Source: Thermoplasmata archaeon
GTDB taxonomy: Archaea; Thermoplasmatota; Thermoplasmata; Lutacidiplasmatales; UBA184
DNA length: 64,000 bases
Reading direction: 5' to 3'
NCBI GenBank assembly: GCA_021796385.1
Contig: JAJYXQ010000043.1
Location: forward strand, 2,202 to 66,201
Shown: positions 46,572-57,900 of the stretch, in pieces
How positions within the stretch are numbered: position 1 is the first letter of the stretch
Layout of the letters: each line of letters begins with the position of its first letter
Translations under genes and position numbers: made by a program
Notes under the pieces: model-generated
The model's input: the letters and a program-made list of their open reading frames with translations, nothing else
Databases searched by the model: none
Told to the model about the DNA's origin: nothing

Positions 46572-49176
46572 AAAGGAGTACCAGAACGAATTCTTTCGGC
46601 AGAAAGGGTTCGTGCGGCAAACCTGCCGGGGTTGCGGGAGCGCGTTCTGGTCCGAGAGACCCCGCGAGCTCTGTTCTGAGACCCCGTGCACTCCGTATTC
46701 CTTCCCCGGAAACAGTCCTATCCAGAAAAGTTATTCCGCGGATCAGTTTCGAGAGCTCTACCTTCACTACTTCGAACAACGCGGACATACCCGGATCGCT
46801 CGCTACCCTGTGGTTCCGAGGTGGAGGGACGACGTGTTCTTCGTACAGGCGTCTATCTACGATTTTCAGCCCTGGGTGACCTCCGGGGCTGTTGAGCCCC
46901 CCGCAAACCCCCTCGTGATCTCGCAGCCCTGTCTCCGATTCACTGACGTTACCGAAGTTGGAGTTACCCAACGCCACCTCACCAGTTTCGAAATGATGGC
47001 CCATCACTGCTTCAATTACCCCGGTCGAGAAATCTACTTCAAAGACCGAACCGTGGAACTCTGTCACGAGTTCCTCACCTCCGAGCTTGGAGTGGACGGT
47101 ACGATTGTGAGCTACAAAGAAGAGGAATGGGAAGGCGGTGGGGATATGGGCCCGTCCCTTTCGGTTGGCTTGTCCGGGCTTGAGGTTGCCACCTTGGTCT
47201 TCATGCAGTATACCAACAAAGGAGGGGTCGTCCGCCCCTTACCACTCCGTATCGTGGACACGGGATATGGGCTCGAAAGATTCACATGGATCTCCCAAGG
47301 CACGCCCACCATTTACGATGCGGTTTTCGGTGAAGTGTTCCGTGACCTGCCTTCTACGATCGCGCCCAAGGACCTGGCCGTCCTAGTCGACCACTCTCGA
47401 AGCTTCGTCTTAATGCTCACTGACGGGGTCGTCCCGTCCAATGTACATGCCGGTTACCTTGCCAGAATGCTTCTTCGCCGAATGCTTCGGATCCTAGCCC
47501 GATACCCCAACGGAATCGGATTGATCGACGTCATGGAGCAGGTCCGACGTCATCTCTCCCGGACCCTTCCAGGCCTCGACCTCAGTGATCGGACCCTTCG
47601 GCAGATCGTGGAGATCGAGGAACAACGGTTTTCCGAGACCCTAGAGCGCGGGCGTTCCCACATTCGAAAGCTCAAGGAGAAGCTCGACCAAGAAGGTCGA
47701 AAGATCAGTGTCCCGGAACTGCTCACCCTCTATGACTCCCGTGGGATCACCCCGGACATCGTGGAGGAAGAGCTGGGAATGACGGGGCTCAGCCCTCCCG
47801 ACTTCTTCGCCTTGGCAGCCAAATTACACCAGGAGGGAACGGAATCCACCGAAAAGCCAGGCGCACCGGCTGAGGACACTTCTCCACCAGATATGCCCAG
47901 CGACTTGCCCCCGACCCGAGTACTCTACCATACGGACCCTTACACACTGTCCTTTTCCGCAAAGATCGTCTGGGCCTTCGAGTCTTGGGTGGTGCTCGAA
48001 TCGACGTACTTTTACCCCACCGGGGGGGGTCAGATCACCGATACCGGAAAGATCGCAGGCGTTCCAATATCAGAAGTAGTTCGCAAAGGCCCGTGGGTTT
48101 ATCACCGAGTAGCCCCGGGTCACCGCTTTGCCCAGAAGACAGGAGAGACCGTGCCATGTGAGATACTGGGCGCCCGACGGCAGCAACTGATGCAACATCA
48201 CACGGCCACGCACATTCTAAACGGAGCGCTCCGAAGACTGCTAGGCCCTCACGTGTGGCAGGCCGGGGCCTTCAAGGGAATGGAGGAGGCGCGGCTCGAT
48301 GTGACACATTTTCGGAGCCTTACCCCGACCGAACTCCGTAACGTTGAACGTCTGGCCAACCAGGTCATCCGGGAAGATCGGCCAGTGAAGAGCTACTTCC
48401 TGCCTCGGTCCGAGGCCGAGAACAGATTCGGGTTCTCTATCTACCAGGGAGGTGCGGTACCTGGCAAGGAGCTACGCATCGTGGAGATCGACGGCTTCGA
48501 TGTCGAAGCCTGCGGAGGCACCCATTGTACGCATACCTCCGAAGCCGGGTACCTACGGGTACTTTCGACAGAGCGGATACAGGACGGCATGGTCCGCTTG
48601 CATTTTGCTGCTGGCGAACGCGCGCTCGATATCGTAGATGAGCAGGCGGAGATCCTACACGGGCTCTCCGTGAAGCTTGCGCAGCCGATAACCAACATTC
48701 CGCGTGCTGTCGATGAGCTTCTCGAGAAGAAGCGGCTGGATGAGAGGGCAACCCGGAAGAATTCTTCTCGGGAACTGGCCGACCTCGCCCGCAGGTTAGA
48801 GACTGACCCGTCTCACGCTATCGACCTTGGCAATTCGATCCGTGCGATCTGGTCCGTTACCCCAGTGGCCGTCAGCCAGCTTCAGGACCTGGCCCGATTG
48901 CTTTCCTCCCGTCCGGGCACCATCGTGCTCCTTGCGGCCATCGAGGGTGACCGCTGGACCCTTTTCTTCGCTTCAGGGTCTCCCGACCGATTCTCAGCGA
49001 GGGACCTTTTGGATGGGGTGCTTAGGATCTGGCCGGGAAAGGGAGGGGGCAATGCCTCAGCGGCACGCGCGTCCGGGCCCGCCCAAGGGAATCCTGAGTC
49101 CCTCCTAGAGTCGGCGCTCACTGTAGCCCGTTCCTTGGCTTCGGAGAAGATGAGCGGAGCGAGAGCGGCGGTTTAA
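46564..49176 (+). CDS. alaS: alanine--tRNA ligase
   Basis: Archaeal AlaRS N-terminus MDEKEYQNEFFRQKGFVRQTCRGCGSAFWS; the editing-domain HxxxH...CGGTH motif is present; 871 aa. Confidence 0.95.
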   Translation: MDEKEYQNEFFRQKGFVRQTCRGCGSAFWSERPRELCSETPCTPYSFPGNSPIQKSYSADQFRELYLHYFEQRGHTRIARYPVVPRWRDDVFFVQASIYDFQPWVTSGAVEPPANPLVISQPCLRFTDVTEVGVTQRHLTSFEMMAHHCFNYPGREIYFKDRTVELCHEFLTSELGVDGTIVSYKEEEWEGGGDMGPSLSVGLSGLEVATLVFMQYTNKGGVVRPLPLRIVDTGYGLERFTWISQGTPTIYDAVFGEVFRDLPSTIAPKDLAVLVDHSRSFVLMLTDGVVPSNVHAGYLARMLLRRMLRILARYPNGIGLIDVMEQVRRHLSRTLPGLDLSDRTLRQIVEIEEQRFSETLERGRSHIRKLKEKLDQEGRKISVPELLTLYDSRGITPDIVEEELGMTGLSPPDFFALAAKLHQEGTESTEKPGAPAEDTSPPDMPSDLPPTRVLYHTDPYTLSFSAKIVWAFESWVVLESTYFYPTGGGQITDTGKIAGVPISEVVRKGPWVYHRVAPGHRFAQKTGETVPCEILGARRQQLMQHHTATHILNGALRRLLGPHVWQAGAFKGMEEARLDVTHFRSLTPTELRNVERLANQVIREDRPVKSYFLPRSEAENRFGFSIYQGGAVPGKELRIVEIDGFDVEACGGTHCTHTSEAGYLRVLSTERIQDGMVRLHFAAGERALDIVDEQAEILHGLSVKLAQPITNIPRAVDELLEKKRLDERATRKNSSRELADLARRLETDPSHAIDLGNSIRAIWSVTPVAVSQLQDLARLLSSRPGTIVLLAAIEGDRWTLFFASGSPDRFSARDLLDGVLRIWPGKGGGNASAARASGPAQGNPESLLESALTVARSLASEKMSGARAAV

Positions 49177-49190
49177 TATAAGGCGAAAGT

Positions 49191-50777
49191 ATGGCAGGAG
49201 CCGAGGGAGATCCTACGATGGAGTCGGGTGTGGTTCAAACGGCGATACCTCCGGAGCTGATATCATTCTTAGGAGGGGCAGGCGGCAGGAGTCTTATCGT
49301 CAAGGGAGGGGCAGGTACCGGAAAGACCACATTTTGTCTCGAGGTCCTCGAGAAGGTCGGGAAGAAGGGGCAGAGCTTCTATCTTTCTACCCGAGTCTCC
49401 GATGACGCACTATATCACCAGTTCCCCTGGCTCAAACAGACCGAGATGCGCACCCGAATTTTCGACTCCGGTAAGATCCTTCTCGATATGCTTGTTGGGC
49501 GGGACTCGGCTCGCTCCTCTCAGGAACCTTCACCTGACCAGAAAGCCAAGGTCTCGGGAGCTCGGGACTTCTTGAAGAGCATAGGCGGTGAAGGCGAGCG
49601 CCCAACGAAGGTGGACCGCGCCCGGCTGACTGCTCTGATGCAGCACACCCGGATGCCGGAAGTGGAACACGTCTACGACCGGATCGAGAAAGTGCTTCCT
49701 GAGAAGTCACTCCTCGTGGTCGATTCCCTTGAGGGCATCACGCACCGCTACGGCCTCGAGATGGAGGAGTTTGTCATGTGCCTTCAAAAGGACCTGGTGG
49801 AAAACTCCAATACCAACGTCATTCTCGTCCTGGAGAAGGCAGAAGCCGGCGGGATAGAATACTTGGTGGACGGTTTGGTCTCTCTCAGCCGGGAAGAGGT
49901 GGACGAGCGCCGGATCCGTCACGTGCGTTTCGACAAGCTCCGGGCGACGAACATTTCCAAACCCCGGTATGCCGCCACCCTATCGCAAGGGAGGTTCCGA
50001 GCGTTAGGTGGACTGCATTCCCGGGCCAGCAACAATGGTCACGCCGGTTCATCCCGCCAGTGGCAGGCAATCCCCGACTCTCCTACGCACTTTTCGAGCG
50101 GTGTACCCGACATCGATGCGCTCATGGGTGGGGGTTACAAGCGGGGCTCGTACAACGCCTTTGACATTGACATCAACGTCTCGATCGATGATTACTACCA
50201 TCTGTTCATACCCACCTTCCTGAACTTCCTGGCCCAGGGTCGGGGGATGATGGGCGTCCTCGCCGGTGGGGAGTATCCCGATCGGCTCAAGGAACTCATC
50301 ACACAACACCTGCCATCGAACATCTTTGACTCCCGGGTGAGGATCATCGATTACACAGCGACAGAGCAGACCTCGCCGTACATCCTTCCCTTCGGGCGGA
50401 TAAGGAGCAGCGCAGATGCCCAACGGGCCTACGAAGAGATTGAGCGGGCCGTGCGTGGCGGCCAGGACAAGAACCCTTACATCGAGTACACGGCGTTCGA
50501 TACCCTCGAGTATCAACAGGGGGACAACATGGCCATTACAGGGCTCTTTCAAGCCGTCCAGCGGACTAAGATCATGGGCAACCTCGGGATCGGACTGCTC
50601 AAGCCTGGTCTTATGGTGACCTCGGAGATCATCAACATGATGGATACATACTTCCGGGTAGTGAACATCGATGATTCTCCATGCATCTATGGTATCCGGC
50701 CAAGGACACTAATTTACGCTATCGGGATCGATGAGCAACGGGGTGCGCCCCATGTATCCCTCACTCCGATCGTGTGA
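49191..50777 (+). CDS. two-domain KaiC-like ATPase (N-domain with P-loop, C-domain without)
   Basis: ISFLGGAGGRSLIVKGGAGTGKTTFCLEVL; a second RecA-like domain (GVPDIDALMGGGYKRGSYNAFDIDIN) lacks Walker A; an alternative start is at 49218. Confidence 0.6.
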   Translation: MAGAEGDPTMESGVVQTAIPPELISFLGGAGGRSLIVKGGAGTGKTTFCLEVLEKVGKKGQSFYLSTRVSDDALYHQFPWLKQTEMRTRIFDSGKILLDMLVGRDSARSSQEPSPDQKAKVSGARDFLKSIGGEGERPTKVDRARLTALMQHTRMPEVEHVYDRIEKVLPEKSLLVVDSLEGITHRYGLEMEEFVMCLQKDLVENSNTNVILVLEKAEAGGIEYLVDGLVSLSREEVDERRIRHVRFDKLRATNISKPRYAATLSQGRFRALGGLHSRASNNGHAGSSRQWQAIPDSPTHFSSGVPDIDALMGGGYKRGSYNAFDIDINVSIDDYYHLFIPTFLNFLAQGRGMMGVLAGGEYPDRLKELITQHLPSNIFDSRVRIIDYTATEQTSPYILPFGRIRSSADAQRAYEEIERAVRGGQDKNPYIEYTAFDTLEYQQGDNMAITGLFQAVQRTKIMGNLGIGLLKPGLMVTSEIINMMDTYFRVVNIDDSPCIYGIRPRTLIYAIGIDEQRGAPHVSLTPIV

Positions 50778-51253
50778 TCACGGCGAGGGTCTGCATGGCC
50801 GCCCTCGGTCCTCACCTTGGCAGCCCGAGTAACCCATCCGTTGCCCTAGAGCATGCCGCGTCCTCAATCCGATCGGCGTACGGCCCTTCGGTCCGAACGG
50901 CGCCGACACAGAATCGTTGGGAATGTTATCACCGAGTATCGGTAGAGACCAGTGCAAAGCTTTACTGCCCCGAGATTGGGCTGTTCACGGTGAACCACGG
51001 ACTCACGGCCGTCCTGGCAAGTGGACGAAGAAAGGATTCGTACCTGTCCGGTTGGCTCCCGCTCGAACAACCGCTTTCTTTGGCTCCCTTGTCCGATTTC
51101 GCTCCTGAGACGTTTCAGTGGGCTGACGCGGCCAGGAACCTCCTTCTCCGGACCAAGGAGATCCCACAGGCATCTCTTTCGACCATCCAAGCTCTTCCGG
51201 CAGCCCGTTGGCAAAGGGATGTCGACAATGGGACGATCGAGGCATTCAATTGA
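50774..51253 (+). CDS. hypothetical protein (uncertain)
   Basis: GTG start overlaps the upstream stop (GTGA) and its stop overlaps the guaA TTG start (TTGA); no family recognised. Confidence 0.3.
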   Translation: MITARVCMAALGPHLGSPSNPSVALEHAASSIRSAYGPSVRTAPTQNRWECYHRVSVETSAKLYCPEIGLFTVNHGLTAVLASGRRKDSYLSGWLPLEQPLSLAPLSDFAPETFQWADAARNLLLRTKEIPQASLSTIQALPAARWQRDVDNGTIEAFN

Positions 51254-52203
51254 AAGACGCTGCAACACGTATTCAAGACATAGAGCGGGCGATAGAATCC
51301 GAGCTCCCTGGGGATACCCGGGCCATCGCCGCCGTTTCAGGGGGTATCGATAGCACGGTCGCGGCGTTGCTCGTGGCCCGTGTCGTTGGCCAACGGCTAC
51401 GTCCCTTGTTTGTGGACACAGGCCTTCTTCGCCAAGGGGAGGCGGAGAAGGTGCTCGATACGGTCCGGCGTTCGGGACTTTCTCTTGAGCTCATCGATGC
51501 CCGAGAAGAGTTCTTCCAAACTCTGAAAGGGGTGGTCGACCCAGAGGAAAAGCGCAGTCGGATCGGCGAGGCCTTCATCCGAGTCTTCGAAAAGGAGTCG
51601 GCCCGTACCGGCGCCACCCACCTCGTTCAGGGGACCATTGCCCCTGACTGGATCGAGAGCGGAGGTGGTATGCGGGACACAATCAAAAAGCACCACAATG
51701 TGGGGGGGTTGCCGAAGGACATGCGGCTCAAGGTGGTCGAGCCGCTGCGCGATCTTTACAAGGATGAGGTCCGCGCGATTGCTGCGCAGTTGGGTATCCC
51801 GGATTCGCACCGGCAACCGTTTCCGGGACCGGGCCTCGCCGTCCGTGTCCTTGGCGAAGTGACGGTGGACCGTGTGGAAACCCTCCGAAAGGCGACGGCT
51901 GTCGTCGAAGAGATGGTCGAGCGGGCCGTGGCGCAAGGCAAGCTCTCGGCTCCCTGGCAGTATTTCGCGGTGCTTCTCCCCGTGCAAAGCACGGGCGTGA
52001 TCGGGGACAACCGAACCTACGCGAACACCATTGCCGTACGGTTGGTCGAATCGACCGATGCCATGTCGGCGACAGCCTCCAATCCACCTGCTTGGCTCTT
52101 GCGAGAGATGTCGGAGCGGATCACGCGCGAGCTTTCGGGTAAGATCAACCGGGTGGTCTACGATATCACGGACAAACCCCCCGCGACGATCGAGTGGGAG
52201 TAA
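51250..52203 (+). CDS. guaA: GMP synthase [glutamine-hydrolysing] subunit B (ATP pyrophosphatase subunit)
   Basis: PP-loop AVSGGIDSTVAALL; GMP-synthase C-terminal domain; TTG start at 51250, with an ATG-initiated ORF from 51208 as the alternative. Confidence 0.85.
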   Translation: MKDAATRIQDIERAIESELPGDTRAIAAVSGGIDSTVAALLVARVVGQRLRPLFVDTGLLRQGEAEKVLDTVRRSGLSLELIDAREEFFQTLKGVVDPEEKRSRIGEAFIRVFEKESARTGATHLVQGTIAPDWIESGGGMRDTIKKHHNVGGLPKDMRLKVVEPLRDLYKDEVRAIAAQLGIPDSHRQPFPGPGLAVRVLGEVTVDRVETLRKATAVVEEMVERAVAQGKLSAPWQYFAVLLPVQSTGVIGDNRTYANTIAVRLVESTDAMSATASNPPAWLLREMSERITRELSGKINRVVYDITDKPPATIEWE

Positions 52204-52318
52204 GGGACCCGCGGTCGCCCTTTGATGGAGGCCCGGGTCCGTCAGGTCCCTAATCCGGGTCTATGGGGTTAAGGGTGGGTTCAACGGGTTCACACCCGCT
52301 GGATCAGGCACCCAAGCC

Positions 52319-52846
52319 TCAGCCGGCCAGAGCACTACTGAACCAGGCGCGTGTCGGGGCGTCCACGTCCTGCTGCCAGAACAGTGCGTTGAGCTCCCCG
52401 CGGTGCTGGAGTTCCTCCTCGACCACGTGCCAGATGATCGTGCGAAGGTTCATCTGCATCTCGAACGGCTTACCATTGCCTTGGGTGCCACGGATGACGT
52501 AGCGTTGATTCAAGCGGGTCGGGGTCAAGGACCTAGCGAGACGACGACTCGATTGAGCCACCCGACGAGCCTGCCGCCGTATCTCGGCGTCGCTCAGGGA
52601 CCCCTTGATTTCGCGATGTGTTTCCTGGCGCCCGTTCGGCACGCTGTCGAACCACCAAGCGTTGTTGTCGAGGATATGGAGGAAGATATCCTGCATCGAC
52701 GGAAACGAGGCGCCCCGGTCGCGAAGGCGCTCCTTCCGGGGCAGCCGAAGCAGAGAGTCGAGGTAGTCCCGCCGGGTGTTGACCAACCAATCCACCCACG
52801 CCCGCGCCAGCTCGATCTCGTCTACCATTTTGGTCTTCCGGCCCAT
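52319..52846 (-). CDS. DinB/YfiT-like (DinB_2) putative metal-dependent hydrolase
   Basis: IWHVVEEELQHRGELNALFWQ and WVDWLVNTRRDYLDSL are typical of the DinB four-helix bundle; start ATG at 52846. Confidence 0.6.
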   Translation of the reverse strand: MGRKTKMVDEIELARAWVDWLVNTRRDYLDSLLRLPRKERLRDRGASFPSMQDIFLHILDNNAWWFDSVPNGRQETHREIKGSLSDAEIRRQARRVAQSSRRLARSLTPTRLNQRYVIRGTQGNGKPFEMQMNLRTIIWHVVEEELQHRGELNALFWQQDVDAPTRAWFSSALAG

Positions 52847-52850
52847 GCGT

Positions 52851-53249
52851 TCACTCCTTCGGGAAGTGCGAGATCTCCCAGAGATTCCCTTCCGGATCCT
52901 CAAAGAACGCGAAGCGCTGACCATTTGGACGGGTGGCGGGGGGTTGCAGGAACTTGACTCCCTTTGCCCGCAGTGTTTCGTACTCCCGGTCCGCGTCTTC
53001 CAGAAATACAGCGAAATAGTTCCGCACCAGCGGACTTTGGTCCGCTCGGATTCGTTCGGGCGGGAGTTCCTTCGCCAATCCCTTCGCCCCAATGATCGCT
53101 AATACCGGAGACCCCTTCTTGGGGAATGACAGGTACGCTTCCTCCTCATCCATCATGTCGACCTTTAGGCCCACCATATCCCGGTAGAATTCGGCGCACT
53201 TCTTGACATCGCGCACAGTGAGTGCGAATGCGTTCAGATGGTCGATCAT
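52851..53249 (-). CDS. VOC-family (glyoxalase/bleomycin-resistance) protein
   Basis: MIDHLNAFALTVRDVKKCAEFYRDMVGLKV...FFEDPEGNLWEI; the alternative upstream start at 53342 adds a hydrophobic N-terminus. Confidence 0.7.
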   Translation of the reverse strand: MIDHLNAFALTVRDVKKCAEFYRDMVGLKVDMMDEEEAYLSFPKKGSPVLAIIGAKGLAKELPPERIRADQSPLVRNYFAVFLEDADREYETLRAKGVKFLQPPATRPNGQRFAFFEDPEGNLWEISHFPKE

Positions 53250-53769
53250 AGCGAGCGGGAAGCGCGCTTCTCCATATAAAGAAGCTAGGGTAAGAGCGAC
53301 AACTTTGCCGAGAAGCGAGCATTTGGGATATTCCCAGGGCAATCGTTTGCTCCTTCAAGATATCCCGGGACCGCATTATCTTGGGGTCTACTTCATCTCT
53401 ATGGGTTCCGGTTGGCCCCCTTCCCGATTGGTGGCCGCCGCCCGCGCCTCCGCATTCACGTTCGTGGGTGTAGGCCGGAGGCTGTTCATCATATTCATTT
53501 CTTGGCTCGTACCCCGAGTAAGGCGTACTGATGGGGAGCGAAGACTCTGGGGGGAGGGGAGCGAACCACAGTGGTAGACCACGTCTAAAGCTGGATTTGA
53601 TGGAATGAAAGGAGCCTAACTATTCTTGTGGCTGAATCTGGCGCAAGTCATCCTAGCGTGAGGGGGAGGCTGTGGTGGCGAAGATTCCTTCCCGAAGACG
53701 CAACTCCACCGTTCAAGTTCGACCGAGGACGCACGATCGCCATTCCGCGCGGTTAGTGTACTGTTAGAG

Positions 53770-54963
53770 TTACTTTCGAGGTATGTGAAGCGGCTTTCGA
53801 TTATCGGGGGTACGGAAGTCCATCCGCGGCATCACTACCTCCCGCCGGCACTCAAGGCGGGAGCGGAACTTCTCTAGGTCGGTCAGGATCTCCGTGAGTG
53901 ATTGCCGCAGCGACCGACTGTGGCGATACCCAAGTTTTAGAAGGTTCTCGTGGTGCGGGTTATAGTAGTGCTCCTCCGCCTCTACCCGGGGATTGTATGA
54001 ATTGTGGATCTCGGCTTCCCGGTGAAGGTCTTCCTTGGTGGCCGTGACGACCATCTTGGCGAGCTCAGTCACAGAATAGGATTCATCGAACTGATTGAAC
54101 ACACGGTACTCCCCTTGGGTCGCCGGGTTTTCCACCGCCAGTGTGAGGCTCTGCATAGAATCCTCCAATGCAATGAACCCCCGTTTTTGGTGTCCCTTTC
54201 CATAGGGTGTTAGCGGAAGGCCAAGCACAGCCTGAACACAGAAACGGTTGAGGGCAGTGCCCCACACCTCATCAAAGTCGAACCGGGTGAGAAAGTCTGG
54301 CCGGTCAATGTCCGGGGTTCGGGTGCCGTAGATAATTCCCTGCATCACGTCGGTCGCAGCGATGCCCCAAAGGCGATTGGCCAGCATGACGTCCCCAGTA
54401 TCGAATACCTTGGACCAATGGTACCAACTCGAAGCTTGGCGGGGGAAAGGGACCCGGTCCTTGCGCCCGAGGTACTCCACTTCGAAGAATCCCTCGGCAA
54501 TATCGATGTTCGGAGTCCCGTACTCTCCCATCGTACCCATTTTCACGAGGTGAGTCTTTGGGGACTCCTCCCGTATCGCGTACAGGATGTGTAGCGTGCT
54601 GGTGACGTTCTGCACCTGGGTTTCGACCGCATGATGCACATCGATCATGGAATACGGGGCGGAACGCTGTTCTCCAAGATGGACGATGGCGTCCGGCTTC
54701 TCCTTCCGCACCACTTTGCGGACAAACTCCCAGTGGCAAAGGTCCCCGCGATAGAACCGAAGGGTCTTCCCCAATTGTTTTCGCACGGCCTGGACCCGTC
54801 GGGGCATCGAAGCGATCGGAGTGGCACTGTGACTTCCGACCTCCGCCACCCGCTTGCGCGTGATCAAATTGTCGATACCCGATACGTCATGCCCCCGGTT
54901 CAGGAGATGAAGGGCAAGCGGCCAGCCTGAGTAGCCGTCGACACCGGTGATGAGGACTCTCAT
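53770..54963 (-). CDS. agl3: UDP-sulfoquinovose synthase (SQD1/Agl3-type NAD-dependent epimerase/dehydratase)
   Basis: Collinear with plant SQD1: RVLITGVDGYSGWPLALHL, HLGEQRSAPYSMID, HLVKMGTMGEYGTPNIDIAEGF, ASSWYHWSKV, FGTALNRFCVQA, EYRVFNQF, NPRVEAEEHYYN. Confidence 0.85.
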   Translation of the reverse strand: MRVLITGVDGYSGWPLALHLLNRGHDVSGIDNLITRKRVAEVGSHSATPIASMPRRVQAVRKQLGKTLRFYRGDLCHWEFVRKVVRKEKPDAIVHLGEQRSAPYSMIDVHHAVETQVQNVTSTLHILYAIREESPKTHLVKMGTMGEYGTPNIDIAEGFFEVEYLGRKDRVPFPRQASSWYHWSKVFDTGDVMLANRLWGIAATDVMQGIIYGTRTPDIDRPDFLTRFDFDEVWGTALNRFCVQAVLGLPLTPYGKGHQKRGFIALEDSMQSLTLAVENPATQGEYRVFNQFDESYSVTELAKMVVTATKEDLHREAEIHNSYNPRVEAEEHYYNPHHENLLKLGYRHSRSLRQSLTEILTDLEKFRSRLECRREVVMPRMDFRTPDNRKPLHIPRK

Positions 54964-54970
54964 CTTCGGA

Positions 54971-57900
54971 CTATCGGGTTACTGCACCGCAGAAGGGACA
55001 GAGCAACATCGATTCGTTTATGCTCCGGCCACAAGATGGGCAAGCTTTCATCCCAGGCCCAGCGGGACCCGTCGGGCCTGCGGGCGGAGCTTCCGTGGCA
55101 GGAGGTTGTTGAGGCATCCTTTGGCCCTGGGTAGACGGGGGAGAGGGAGCCATTGGTTGACCCATCTGCGCCTGTGGCGGTGCACCACCCTGCCCTTTGC
55201 GGCCCTTCATCTTCGCCGCAGCGGCGTCTGGAGCGGAACCACCTGTGGCACCGGAAACCGCCATCTGCTGCTTCCACGTGGTGAAGGGGACATAGGTTGG
55301 CTGGCGTTTCCACCAGTCCCAGAACGCCCCCTCGTTGTAGTTCTCCGCCAACTCCTTCTGTGCCACGACCCGGAACCGTTGGGTGAAAGTGTTGTAATCC
55401 GCAGCCATGGGATCTGGTTTGAGCCCGACCAGAAGTGCGGAGCAATCAGGGCAAACAGAGCTGTTCGACGGGATAGACGCACCACAGCGGCTGCAGCGCA
55501 TGAGTTCCTTCTCAAACTCGGCTCCACATTTGGGACAGGCAACAGCGCTCTCCGGGATCAATTCACCACATTCTCCACACTCGACAAGGTTCCCACGTCC
55601 CAGGCGTCGGAAGAAGAAGAGCACCAAGGCAACGGCCACGACCGCGATGGCAGCGATAACGAGCCAAAGCCAATACTGCTGGAGGAAGCTCGCTTGGGAC
55701 ACTGCAGGGACATACGCTACCACCCCATTCTGGAGAGCGGGGGCTGTGATATAAGTCGTGTTTCCAAGGAGGGTGAACTTAAGGACGAGACTATACGTCC
55801 CTGGTTGCAGGCACGTCAAAGGAACTCGGAAGGAGGGCAGCGGGGACGTTCCGTTCTGAACGTTAGGAGAACCGGCCGAAACGGTACAGTTGGAACCGAG
55901 CGTCTTGTCGACGTACGACACATACATGGATGCAACGTAGGGATTTACCAGCGTAGCGGTCGTTTGGATGACAAGCTCTGGGACGGAGGTTGCCGACAAA
56001 TCGACTTTCGTCGGCGTGAAGCTAACAGGGGAGAGCTGGATGGATGGGGGGCGTATGTATACGTTAAACGAGTATGAGAAATTAAAGTTCTCCACTCCGT
56101 AGATGTACGTGTTCGACCAACGGACGACCAGGTCGAAGGTGTACAGGCCGACATTGCTTCCGATTACGGTAGAATTGATGTGCCAGATAGGCATCAGAAC
56201 ATCGACGGAAGTGGGGGAGTAACCAATCGCCCCGAGGGTCCGCTCCGACACGGGGATCAATCGGGAGCTATTCTGAAGGTACAGCGTTGCATTCGCTGCG
56301 GATGTCGCACCACCGACGTTCTCCATGATTGCGGTCGCACCGATTCCGGTCCCCACCCCAAAGGGTGAGTATTGCGGGCTCTGGGCCACTTCAGATGCAT
56401 TGAGTTTGAACGTGCCGCTCGAATTGGTGTAGGTGGCTCCAGCCACACTGTAAAGCTGACCGTTGGCCCCCACACTTTGCAGCGTAAAGTTTGCCGAAGG
56501 ATTGTTGAGGACCAAGGTGGTATAATCCTCGAATGACGCGGTTTGAGAGATATTGAAGAACACTCGGTTGTAGGTGATCGGTGGCAAGAGCGGTGTCTCC
56601 ACATGCATTTGGATGGCACCGAGGAACGTGCTCGTGGTGATCAAGAGGGAACCATTCACAGTAGCACTTCCCCCGGCCGGCACAGTGCGGCTCACCGGAA
56701 CTCCGATCGGGGTCGAGCCGTTCCAAGAAAGGGAAAGGGTGGCCGTGACTCCGGCATCGCCAGTGTTCGTAACGGTCCCATCTATATTCACCCTGTTACA
56801 GGTGTTGGCCAAGGCAAGGGTGATAGGTTGACCGTTACATGCATCATAAACCGTAATGACTGCCTCGGAAGGTAGTATCTGGGGGGCCTTGTAGACGTTG
56901 TAGGGCAACGACATCGTCTTACCAATCGTGCCGTTTTCTGGCGCCACGTGCATTGGGTCAACAACGACCTGGATCGTGTGAGAGCCGGAATCGCTGTACG
57001 GGATCGTCACCGAAATGGATTGGGATTGTTGGGCGGGGCTCGAAATGTCGAAGTTGTAGAGCATCTCACCGAGGGTGGTGTTTGTAGTGCCATACAGGTC
57101 GTAGACGTATACCGGGATGGCCTGCTGGTCTGCTACGATAAGGTTGTTGACATCGTCGACTGTAACGTTGACGTCCACGCTATTGCCTTCGAAGACGTAA
57201 CAGCTCGAAGTACACCCAAATACACCCTGGGTCCCGAGTGAGATGGACTGCACCTGAACGTTGGCTGTGAAGAGTTCAAGCGAAACCGGGGCAAGTATCG
57301 TCAGGCCACACCCGGCGCTGGACCGCGGCCAACCGCACAGCGGTGGCGAGCGAGCAAAGCCGCTTCCTTTCTGCACGGAAGAACCGTTCAAATAGGTGAG
57401 TTTGCCGTTAAAGGTGACATTGTAGAGCCCTCCCACGTAAAGTCCATCGGGCAGAGAACCGAGCGTTACGTATGAGGTTCCGAGGGCAAGCAGCGCCTGT
57501 CCATTCTGTTGTGTCACCCCGTACTGGGCTACCGGCGCTGCCACAGAGTCAACGGCTGCGCGGAAGATCGCTGGGAAGAGGCTGGGGTTCGACGAAGCGT
57601 TAGCAAGGGCGGAAATTGTCGAATTGGAAACCATCGAGGTGGCCTGGACTTGGGCCCCCGGGAGAGGTGCTCCAGTGGTTCCTAGGGCCGTGACACGGGC
57701 CCAGTCATAAACCCAGTAAGAACTGGATGCATCCACTTCGAAGGCATCTTGCTCACCACAGGAAGGCACGGTCTGGTTCAGCCAGGTGAGATACGAGCTC
57801 GAGTTCAGCAGGTCCCCTTGAGAACCGCCCAAAAAGAACAGCTTGTTGGAGTCTGCGGGAATGACGCAAGTGGAGTTGGCGTAGTTCACATCGAAGGTCG

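Noticed and set aside
53343-53769. Possible ncRNA (for example SRP RNA-like GGCCGGAGG / CGGGAAGGGGGCC segments) in the 427-nt gap upstream of agl3
   Set aside because: Only loose resemblance to the SRP helix-8 motif and no convincing overall fold by eye; needs Infernal. Short ORFs there (53388..53582 and others) are unconvincing.
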